Of a DNA stretch of 48,532 nucleotides, positions 38,170 through 45,469 are shown one piece after another (the stretch's first letter is position 1; each line of letters starts with the position of its first letter). The notes under the pieces are model-generated. The model saw only the letters and a list, made by a program, of their open reading frames with translations. It was not told the origin of the DNA and did no database searches. This stretch comes from Terriglobales bacterium (GTDB lineage Bacteria; Acidobacteriota; Terriglobia; Terriglobales; Acidobacteriaceae). A program made the translations under genes and the position numbers. The stretch lies in assembly GCA_035526435.1 (NCBI GenBank), contig DATLCI010000150.1, forward strand, positions 1 through 48,532, given 5' to 3'.

Positions 38170-38514
38170 CTAGTTGTTGCCGTTTCCGTTGAATTTGAAC
38201 TCGACAACCTCTTTGGTCTCTTCGCCGGGTTCATATTTGAACTGTTTGGCCGCATTTACCGCCGCGTCAATCAGCAGAGGGTGGCCGCCCAGCGCCTTGG
38301 CGGTCTTTACCGAACCATTGGCCGCGACGGTCAGCTCCACTTTTACCGCGCCGATCACGTTCATTCGCTTGGCCAGTTCGGGATATGCCGGGGTGACCTT
38401 GCTCTTGACGCTACGGTTGTTCTGGCCGAAAGCGCCGGTCGAGAGCACCACTAACATCGACGTGAGCACCATCAAGCGCGTCAACTTTCTGGTCGAAAGA
38501 TTGAATCTGGACAC
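38170..38514 (-). CDS. Secreted TonB C-terminal-domain-only protein
   Basis: PAYPELAKRMNVIGAVKVELTVAANGSVKTAKALGGHPLLIDAAVNAAKQFKYEP matches the TonB_C pattern. Preceded only by a signal-peptide-like helix. GTG at 38514 with GAGGAGG 4 nt upstream is preferred over the track start at 38661. Confidence 0.65.
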   Translation of the reverse strand: MSRFNLSTRKLTRLMVLTSMLVVLSTGAFGQNNRSVKSKVTPAYPELAKRMNVIGAVKVELTVAANGSVKTAKALGGHPLLIDAAVNAAKQFKYEPGEETKEVVEFKFNGNGNN

Positions 38515-38553
38515 ATTGCCTCCTCGGGACAGGGAATGTCCCGCTGTTACATA

Positions 38554-38569
38554 AGCAATGGGGCTGCCA
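38554..38569 (-). promoter_or_regulatory. Sigma-54 (-24/-12) promoter facing the TonB_C-MCP-che operon
   Basis: The minus strand reads TGGCAGCCCCATTGCT against consensus TGGCACG-N4-TTGCW, with exact GG-to-GC spacing. It lies about 40 nt upstream of the GTG at 38514. Confidence 0.6.
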
Positions 38570-38670
38570 GTCGGCCGCCGGTATCTAACAGGTTTACAAA
38601 TAAGCGATAAGTCAAAGAAAATAATGGCTTTATTTGGCTTATTCTTGGAGTGACTGTCCATTAACTGCCA

Positions 38671-38726
38671 GTCTCACCACTCCATGTTTGTCTCAGCATG
38701 AGACGGTTCAGGTCCATCCGTCTCAT
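38671..38726. promoter_or_regulatory. Cluster of four TGAGAC/GTCTCA hexamers including a 9-bp inverted repeat (candidate enhancer/UAS)
   Basis: GTCTCA at 38671, 38690 and 38720; TGAGAC at 38699. ATGAGACGG(38698-706)-N11-CCGTCTCAT(38718-726) is a perfect inverted repeat. The cluster lies 108-157 bp upstream of the minus-strand -24 element. Confidence 0.5.
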
Positions 38727-38756
38727 TAACAATCGAGATTCAGCCTCGTTAATTAC

Positions 38757-38786
38757 TTGACTCAAAATGAGATTGCACAGTATTTT
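38757..38786 (+). promoter_or_regulatory. Possible sigma-70-type promoter for the kinase operon
   Basis: TTGACT(38757-62)-N18-TATTTT(38781-86), about 40 nt upstream of the kinase start. By-eye match only. Confidence 0.3.
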
Positions 38787-38823
38787 ATGACGCCCCCCGA
38801 AAAGCCGTTCCCAAGGAATTCTT

Positions 38824-41679
38824 TTGAAGCCAATGCAAGCACCTCAGAAGATAGAGCCCAGCTCTGTCTCTGGTTCGGGGTTGGGGGAAGCCGATTACCT
38901 GGCTCTGGCCCGGCTGTGCGCTGATCTGGGCGCGGCGCCGGACTTCAATCATTTCCTGGAACAATTTTGCGAACGCGGAGCGGCCTTCTGTGGTTTTAAC
39001 CGTTCATTCGTTGCGTTAGTGGATGAAACCGGTTGCGAGATCCATTGCGGTTTTGACAACCATACCCCTCGGCAGATGCGGATGCGGCTGGATACTGCCT
39101 TCACGCGGCAGGTCATCGCCACGCAAAAGGCGTTTTACACCGAGAATGCGGCCGGGGAACATCAATCGGATCATGACGCAGTGCGCATGTTCAGCGTCGA
39201 GCAGTATCTAAGCGTGCCGCTGGTCCACCGGGGGAAGGTGGTGGCCGTCCTCGGGTTGCTGGACCGCAAAGATGACGGTCTGCTTACTGCCGACGTGATC
39301 GCTCGGGCCGAGGTTTTAGCTTCGCAGGTGGCCGTCATCCTCGAATCGGTTCGTAATCTTCATCAGTCCGAACTGAATCGCAAGCGGTCTGAGATATTGG
39401 TAGCGATGGCCTTGGAACTAGGTTCTTCGCTGGGCCTTCCTGACCTGGTGCATAGTTTTACCGTGCGCGCGGCCAGCTTGTTGGGCGCTCGCGGCGCGGC
39501 CCTCAGCCTGACACATGGTTCTGTCCAGGAATGTGTGGTGCTGGAAGACAGCCGCGTGGAAACCACGCGGGAGACGATGCGGGACCTGGCCCTGTTTTTC
39601 ACCGCTGCTGCCCATGAGTCTTACGAGACCGTCCAGGCCATCCCCGCGTCAGCGTTGGGCGACGTGCAAAAGAAGTTGCACTGGAACGAGTTGACCCTGG
39701 CGCGCCTGGTGGGTGGAAGCGGGGAACTGCTCGGCATCCTTTGTCTGGTTGATTGCGACCGCGGGCTCACCCGTGACGATGAACAGATGATCCTGGCGCT
39801 TACCGGGCACGCGTCGGTCGCGCTGGAAAATTCGCGACTCTTCTCCAAGATCGCCCAGTCGAATAAGCAATGGTCGGAGATATTCGACGCGCTCTCTGAC
39901 TACATCGTGGTGCATGACGATAATCATCGCGTAATGCGGGTGAACCAGCCGCTGGCGGAATTCATTGGCGCCCGGCCGGCAGAGATGATCGGCATCCACA
40001 TGCGGGACCTGCTTTCCGGCAACGAGAGTCCGGGCCTTCAACCTTGTCCGTTCTGCCTTCCCGACGCGCGCGATGAACTGTCCATGCCGGTGCTCGACCG
40101 CACCTTCCTGGTCTCCACCTCGCGTATCCACGGGGCGCTCCATGAAGGGCTCCAGACGATCCACGTGTTGCGCGACGTGACGGACCGCCGTGCCGCCGAG
40201 CGCCGTTACCGCGAGCTCTTCAACAATGTGCAGGAAGGCGTCTTTTTCTGTGACGCGCAAGGCACCTTCGTCGATGTGAATGATGCGCTCGTGCGCATGT
40301 TGGGTTATAGCAACCGTGACGAGCTGCTTGCGCTCGACGTGCCCACGCTGTTCTATGCATCGCGCGAGCAGTATCTCAGCGCCCGCAAAGCCGCCGAATC
40401 CGAGACTAAAACCACCCGCGAAGTGACCTTACGCCGCAAAAATGGAGCGCTGCTGAATGCGCTGGAAAGCTCGATGGCAGTGCGCGATGCCCGCGGCGAG
40501 ATCATCCAATATCGCGGTCTCCTGCTGGACATCACGGACGCGAAACTCTTCCAGTCGCAGTTACAGCGGGAAAAGGACTTCAACAACCAGATCCTCAACA
40601 ACACGCAGAGCATGATCATGGTGGCGGATACCGCCGGCCTCATCAGCTACGCTAATCGACGCTGCTATGAGGCAGGACAGTTCGATGAAGGCTCATTGGT
40701 GGGCCATCGCATGGCTGAATTCATCGCCGAACGTGACCGCGCGGAATGGGAAGCCAGCTTCGATGCCGTCCTTCTGGGCGAGCCGGTGAACAACCTGGAA
40801 ATGCATATGCTGCGCGGCGACGGATCCAAGGGTAAATTCTCCGCCAATATCAGCCCTATGCAAGACCAGCAGGGCAGCGTGAACAGCATCGTGGTGGTGA
40901 TGACGGATATTACGGATGTCGCCGTGATTCGCGCCAAGCTGATGCATACGGAAAAACTTGCCGCGGTGGGGCAGCTCGTCTCCGGGGTGGCCCATGAAGT
41001 CAACAATCCGCTGACGGCCATCATGGGCTTCGCGGACCTGATGCTGGAAAATCCGAGGCTGCCGAAGGCGGTCCATCAGGACTTGCGCGTCATCATGCAG
41101 GAGGCGCAGCGCACCAAGGAGATCGTGCAGAACCTGTTGAGTTTTGCCCGCCAAACGCCGCCCCATCGCAAGCTGGTGGATGTGAATGCGGTGGTGAAAC
41201 GGACCATCGCATTGCGTTCCTATGACTTCGCCAGCCATGGCGTGAAGGTGGTGGAACGCCTCGACGAAAATGTTCCGGAGATCGTGGGCGATGCTCACCA
41301 GCTTCAGCAGGTATTCCTGAACATCCTGAACAATGCCTACGACGCGATCCAGGAAGTGGATCACCGCGGACGCATCGAGATCGAGACGGAGAATGTGGGT
41401 GACGGATATATCCGCATCACCTTCCGTGACAACGGCCCGGGGGTGGAGAACCCGGAGCGCATCTTCGAACCCTTCTTTACCACCAAGGACGTAGGCAAGG
41501 GTACCGGGCTCGGCCTCAGTATTTGCTACGGCATTGTCCGCGAGCATGGCGGCGAGATCATGTGCCGTCCGCAGCGTCCGGAATTGCAAGGCGCAACTTT
41601 CTGCGTGCGCCTGCCCACCGTGCCCACCCAGATCGCTACCGCCATGGAAGGCCAGGAACAAGGGGAGGTGGCCGAATGA
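38824..41679 (+). CDS. Cytoplasmic sensor histidine kinase with tandem GAF and multiple PAS domains
   Basis: No TM segment. GAF-like N-terminal two domains and three PAS-like segments. H-box VAHEVNNPLTAIMGFADLML; N, G1 and G2 boxes (LNILNNAYDA, DNGPGV, GKGTGLGLS). The start is TTG 38824 or ATG 38833. Confidence 0.9.
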   Translation: MKPMQAPQKIEPSSVSGSGLGEADYLALARLCADLGAAPDFNHFLEQFCERGAAFCGFNRSFVALVDETGCEIHCGFDNHTPRQMRMRLDTAFTRQVIATQKAFYTENAAGEHQSDHDAVRMFSVEQYLSVPLVHRGKVVAVLGLLDRKDDGLLTADVIARAEVLASQVAVILESVRNLHQSELNRKRSEILVAMALELGSSLGLPDLVHSFTVRAASLLGARGAALSLTHGSVQECVVLEDSRVETTRETMRDLALFFTAAAHESYETVQAIPASALGDVQKKLHWNELTLARLVGGSGELLGILCLVDCDRGLTRDDEQMILALTGHASVALENSRLFSKIAQSNKQWSEIFDALSDYIVVHDDNHRVMRVNQPLAEFIGARPAEMIGIHMRDLLSGNESPGLQPCPFCLPDARDELSMPVLDRTFLVSTSRIHGALHEGLQTIHVLRDVTDRRAAERRYRELFNNVQEGVFFCDAQGTFVDVNDALVRMLGYSNRDELLALDVPTLFYASREQYLSARKAAESETKTTREVTLRRKNGALLNALESSMAVRDARGEIIQYRGLLLDITDAKLFQSQLQREKDFNNQILNNTQSMIMVADTAGLISYANRRCYEAGQFDEGSLVGHRMAEFIAERDRAEWEASFDAVLLGEPVNNLEMHMLRGDGSKGKFSANISPMQDQQGSVNSIVVVMTDITDVAVIRAKLMHTEKLAAVGQLVSGVAHEVNNPLTAIMGFADLMLENPRLPKAVHQDLRVIMQEAQRTKEIVQNLLSFARQTPPHRKLVDVNAVVKRTIALRSYDFASHGVKVVERLDENVPEIVGDAHQLQQVFLNILNNAYDAIQEVDHRGRIEIETENVGDGYIRITFRDNGPGVENPERIFEPFFTTKDVGKGTGLGLSICYGIVREHGGEIMCRPQRPELQGATFCVRLPTVPTQIATAMEGQEQGEVAE

Positions 41680-42056
41680 CGGTCTCCGAACTCCCTTTGC
41701 TGGTGATCGAGGATGAACCCTCAGTACAAGTCTTCTTGCGCACCGCGCTCGAACGCGATGGCTTCGATATCGTGCTGGCTTCCTCCGGCGTGGAAGGGTT
41801 GCGGCTGTTGCAGCAACGGGACTTTCGCGCCGTGATCTCCGATATGCGCACTCCCGGAGGCGTGAATGGCGGCGATGTCCATAGTTGGCTTTCTGCGAAC
41901 CGCCCCGAGCTGGTCGCCAAGATGCTTTTCATCACCGGCGACATTGTGAACGACGAGACGACTGAGATCTTGCAACGCACCGGGGTGCGCTGTATCGAAA
42001 AACCATTCCGCGTGCAGGAGCTGCTGGCCGCGGTCAAACAAGTGATAGGGACTTAG
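41676..42056 (+). CDS. Single-domain response regulator (receiver only)
   Basis: LLVIEDEP, phospho-acceptor context VISDMRTPG, FITG, EKPF. Its ATG overlaps the kinase stop (ATGA at 41676-79). The track ORF start at 41523 is rejected. Confidence 0.85.
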   Translation: MTVSELPLLVIEDEPSVQVFLRTALERDGFDIVLASSGVEGLRLLQQRDFRAVISDMRTPGGVNGGDVHSWLSANRPELVAKMLFITGDIVNDETTEILQRTGVRCIEKPFRVQELLAAVKQVIGT

Positions 42057-42057
42057 T

Positions 42058-43458
42058 ATGCAGGACTTGAAGATCCGATTTCTGATCGTGGATGACGACA
42101 AGAACATCCGTCGCCTATGCACCACCATTGGCACGTCTCTGGGCTTTGAATGTTCAGAAGCCGATAGCGGTCAGGCCGCGCTTAACATCATCGACACGGC
42201 TTCGCCGGACATGATCCTCGCGGACTTGATGATGCCCAATATGTCCGGCCTGGAGTTCCTCGATGAAGTAAAGAAGCTCTCGCCGCGCACCGAAGTGGCC
42301 ATCATGACGGGCCATGGGAGTATTGAAGCGGCCGTTCGGGCCATGCGCATGGGCGCCTATGATTTCATCACCAAACCCTTCCGCATCGAAGAATTGAAGT
42401 TGTTGCTGCAGCGGATGGAAGAAAAGATCCAGCTGGTGGCGGAGAACCAGTTCCTGCGCGAGCGCGTGAGCGCGGACTCCGACCTGAATGGCATCATCGG
42501 CTCCTCCGCCAAGATCCAGGACGTGCTTCGCATGGTCGCGCGGTTGAAGGACACGCGCACTCCCGTGCTTATCACGGGCGAGAGCGGCACGGGTAAAGAA
42601 CTAGTGGCCCGAGCCATCCACTACCGCGGTATCCTCGCGAAGAAGCCTTTCATCGCGGTGGATTGCGGCTCCCTGGTCCCGACTTTGATCGAGAGTGAAT
42701 TGTTCGGCTACGAAAAAGGCGCGTTCACCGGCGCCAACCGGTCCAAGGAAGGACTCTTTCAGGCGGCCAATGCCGGCACCATCTTTCTCGACGAGATCGG
42801 TGAACTTCCGCTCGAGATGCAGGCCAAGTTACTTCGGGTATTGCAGGAGAAAGAGGTGCGGCCCGTCGGACGCAATGACAATGTCCGCGTCGACGTTCGC
42901 GTGATCGCCGCCACCAATCGTGACCTGGAAGCTTCCTATCGCAATGGCTCCTTCCGCAAGGACCTGTTCTTCCGCCTGAATGTGGTCACGATCCATCTCC
43001 CGTCACTCCGCGAACGCCGGACGGACATTCCCACCCTGGTGAACTGGTTCCTGGACAAATATGCGCAGGGAAAGGTGCTCCATGTTTCGGACGCGGCGAT
43101 GAATTGTATGTTGGAGTATGAATGGCCGGGCAATGTTCGCGAGCTGGAGAACTGTATTGAACGCGCGGTGGCCTTGGGTAGCGACAGTGTGCTCAACGTC
43201 CACGATCTGCCGCCTGCTCTCCGGGCTCATGCGCCCGGAGCCCGCACGCTGCCGCCCAAGATTGAGACCGGCAACAGTGCAACCGCCACCGACCTGGAAG
43301 AACTCGAAAAAGAGACCATTCAACGCGTCTTCGCCCAAGTGCATGGCGACAAGGCCCTCGCGCTGAAAATGCTGGGCATCAGCCGGGCCACCTTATATAG
43401 GAAGCTAAAGCGCTATAACATCTCACCTGAAAAAGGAATTTCTGCGGCAGCTTCCTGA
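42058..43458 (+). CDS. Sigma-54-dependent transcriptional activator, NtrC-type response regulator (REC-AAA+-Fis HTH)
   Basis: Receiver ([19 protein letters not shown]). AAA+ Walker A GESGTGKE and an exact GAFTGA sigma-54 contact loop ([15 protein letters not shown]). C-terminal [19 protein letters not shown]. Confidence 0.9.
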   Translation: MQDLKIRFLIVDDDKNIRRLCTTIGTSLGFECSEADSGQAALNIIDTASPDMILADLMMPNMSGLEFLDEVKKLSPRTEVAIMTGHGSIEAAVRAMRMGAYDFITKPFRIEELKLLLQRMEEKIQLVAENQFLRERVSADSDLNGIIGSSAKIQDVLRMVARLKDTRTPVLITGESGTGKELVARAIHYRGILAKKPFIAVDCGSLVPTLIESELFGYEKGAFTGANRSKEGLFQAANAGTIFLDEIGELPLEMQAKLLRVLQEKEVRPVGRNDNVRVDVRVIAATNRDLEASYRNGSFRKDLFFRLNVVTIHLPSLRERRTDIPTLVNWFLDKYAQGKVLHVSDAAMNCMLEYEWPGNVRELENCIERAVALGSDSVLNVHDLPPALRAHAPGARTLPPKIETGNSATATDLEELEKETIQRVFAQVHGDKALALKMLGISRATLYRKLKRYNISPEKGISAAAS

Positions 43459-43488
43459 TTTCGGTCTGTGGAAATCTTCCCTTGACCG

Positions 43489-43513
43489 TGAGACTCTGTA
43501 TCAACCTGAGACT
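43489..43513 (+). promoter_or_regulatory. Direct repeat of TGAGACT (candidate enhancer/UAS)
   Basis: TGAGACT at 43489-95 and 43507-13, 18-bp period, 96 and 78 bp upstream of the -24 GG. Same core hexamer and same orientation relative to the promoter as three of the four copies in the 38.7 kb cluster. Confidence 0.45.
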
Positions 43514-43556
43514 TTCGCTGCTTGGAATCCTTGTCTTGCCTTAGCCTTCCTTTATT

Positions 43557-43569
43557 AATCAATAGCTTA
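43557..43569. promoter_or_regulatory. IHF-consensus site between the candidate UAS and the sigma-54 promoter
   Basis: AATCAATAGCTTA matches WATCAANNNNTTR at every specified position, within an AT-rich stretch. Confidence 0.4.
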
Positions 43570-43583
43570 CGAAGTCTCCTTTT

Positions 43584-43599
43584 TGGCCGTCCTCTTGCT
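43584..43599 (+). promoter_or_regulatory. Sigma-54 (-24/-12) promoter facing the three uncharacterised genes
   Basis: TGGCCGTCCTCTTGCT against TGGCACG-N4-TTGCW, with exact GG-to-GC spacing. It lies 126 nt downstream of the activator gene stop and about 50-60 nt upstream of the next start codons. Confidence 0.65.
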
Positions 43600-43656
43600 T
43601 ATAAGGACTTGGGGCTTCCTCCGTCGAATCTTGGAGGATAGCCAAATGAGGATTCC

Positions 43657-44013
43657 GTGGCGAAAACCGACCGAACTACGAATGAAGATACTGCGGTGAA
43701 CCGTCTGGCCGAATTCTTTCCCACGGCGGTGCGCATACGCATCCCGGTCTCCGTCACGGCCAGCCGTAAGACCGGAAGCGTTGGGAAGTCAGCCTCGTGT
43801 GAGGAAACCACGATCGAGTTCGGAACGGCGAAAGAAGTTTTATTCACCTCAGCCCTGCCGCTCGAGTTCAACGACACTGTTCGCTTGAAGAATCCGGACG
43901 GCTCTTTTGAGGCACAAGGTTCCGTGGTCGCGGTGCAACTGGGTTCACCCCGCACCGCGGTCGCGGTTCGATTCAATGAAAAGGTCCAAAACTGGATCAT
44001 CCAGTCGGCCTAG
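43657..44013 (+). CDS. Small beta-rich protein, PilZ-like but with degenerate c-di-GMP motifs (hypothetical)
   Basis: Pattern AVRIRIPVSV...EETTIEFGTAKEVLFTS...TVRLKNPDG...GSVVAVQ...AVAVRF resembles the PilZ barrel. Canonical RxxxR and D/NxSxxG motifs are not intact. The start is uncertain (GTG 43657 or GTG 43696). Confidence 0.4.
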   Translation: MAKTDRTTNEDTAVNRLAEFFPTAVRIRIPVSVTASRKTGSVGKSASCEETTIEFGTAKEVLFTSALPLEFNDTVRLKNPDGSFEAQGSVVAVQLGSPRTAVAVRFNEKVQNWIIQSA

Positions 44014-44045
44014 TCGCAAAAAGTAAGCTGAGAAAGTTACCCGAT

Positions 44046-45446
44046 ATGTCTACAGCCATCGCAGCAATCGATCTGAATGTTCTAGCGGGACAATGGCGCG
44101 CCGCGCGCCGCATTTACCCGATCTATTCAGCCGTGCTTCGGCAATTCAACTTGGGAGTGGAGCCTTGCCGGGAGCTAGAAAGCCCCATCAACCGCTCGGA
44201 GCCGCAATTGATGCGCAGCATCGAGGAATGGTTCGAGCGGGCCGATGCCAAGATTGAAGCTTTCCAGATCCGCCAGATATTGCAGATTACGGAGCTCGGC
44301 ACGGAAGAAAGCCTTCGTGCCTTGATCGCTCGCCAGCTCGCTTATCCGCAAAAAACCAAGTCCGTCCGCGACAAGGTGGATTTCCTTATCGTCCAGTATT
44401 ACGCGCAGTTCTCTCCGCACGGCCCGCAGGAAGATCTTAGCTTCGATCATTTTTCTGATGTGCTGGAGCCGTTGGTGGGAGAAGTCTCGCCGCTATTGCC
44501 GCCCTTCTGCGCTGAACTCGATGCTCTGCTGCCGCGGATCGACGCTTGTAACAGCCTCGGGGAATTGCTAAACGGACAAGTCATCGACCGCGCTCGCCAG
44601 ATCAAAGACCAGGCCGAGGAGCGCTATTTCTCGCCGTCAGTACTGGTGGCCGTAGCCCGCTTCAATTATCTGCTGCGACTCGCGTTCTTCCGCCTGATGC
44701 ACGCCGACTTACACGCCATCCGCTTCGCTTTACACGGCATGGAAGCCCGGGGTCAGCACGTCTGCGATTGTTCGGCGGCGGGATTGCAGAAACAAGAACC
44801 GCTGATCTCTGTCCGGCAGATCTGCCACGATTGGAAGAAGCCTTTCCGCGCGGCTTATTCCGCCGGCAGCAACTTCAAGCAATTGATCGCGATTCGTTCG
44901 GCGGTTGAAAAAGCCCTAGCCGCCCCACTGCCGGTGGAAAAGGACATCGCCGTCGCTGCCGCAGCCAACAGCCTGATGGAAGCCACCGCTAAGGTCGTGA
45001 CCCATGTGAAATCCGAGCCAGCGCCGCCTGCGCGGGTCCCAGCCACCCTGGATCTTGACGGTTGTTTGGAGCAGATCGCAGTTCAGTTGATCAACACCAC
45101 ACCTAAAGGTGTCCCCGTGACCAATGTGACTATCGCGGGCACCAAGCTCTTGCTTGCATCCTGGGAAGTTGCGGCATTCGTTCGGGGCGGCAATGAGACT
45201 TCTGACGCGCTCCAGCGGGCGGTCGCAGCGCGGGCCGTGCTCGCCGTTCTGCTCAATGACGCCAAGTCCGGTGAGGCGCTAAGTTTGACAGATGCCGTTC
45301 AGGCGGCCCATACCGAAGCTGCACAACTGCAGGAACTGATAGCCAAAGCCAAAGATGCCAAGAATATTGACGCGGCCGTGAATCTTGCGGCCTCCACCAA
45401 ACGCCTGCTCGCGGCCATTGATGAAGCCGAGAAGCTGCGCGTTTAG
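44046..45446 (+). CDS. Hypothetical 466-aa protein, predicted helical and cytoplasmic, no recognisable domain
   Basis: Long uninterrupted ORF with protein-like composition and no competing long ORF on either strand. No signal peptide or TM segment, and no motif I can assign. Confidence 0.6.
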   Translation: MSTAIAAIDLNVLAGQWRAARRIYPIYSAVLRQFNLGVEPCRELESPINRSEPQLMRSIEEWFERADAKIEAFQIRQILQITELGTEESLRALIARQLAYPQKTKSVRDKVDFLIVQYYAQFSPHGPQEDLSFDHFSDVLEPLVGEVSPLLPPFCAELDALLPRIDACNSLGELLNGQVIDRARQIKDQAEERYFSPSVLVAVARFNYLLRLAFFRLMHADLHAIRFALHGMEARGQHVCDCSAAGLQKQEPLISVRQICHDWKKPFRAAYSAGSNFKQLIAIRSAVEKALAAPLPVEKDIAVAAAANSLMEATAKVVTHVKSEPAPPARVPATLDLDGCLEQIAVQLINTTPKGVPVTNVTIAGTKLLLASWEVAAFVRGGNETSDALQRAVAARAVLAVLLNDAKSGEALSLTDAVQAAHTEAAQLQELIAKAKDAKNIDAAVNLAASTKRLLAAIDEAEKLRV

Positions 45447-45469
45447 ACAATTCCCCCAGGGAGAATAAA

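Noticed and set aside
43599-44000. 133-aa minus-strand ORF overlapping the PilZ-like ORF.
   Set aside because: It is Ser/Thr/Arg-rich with no motif. It points away from any promoter signal, whereas the plus-strand ORF follows the sigma-54 promoter and SD sequence and has a recognisable beta-barrel-like pattern.
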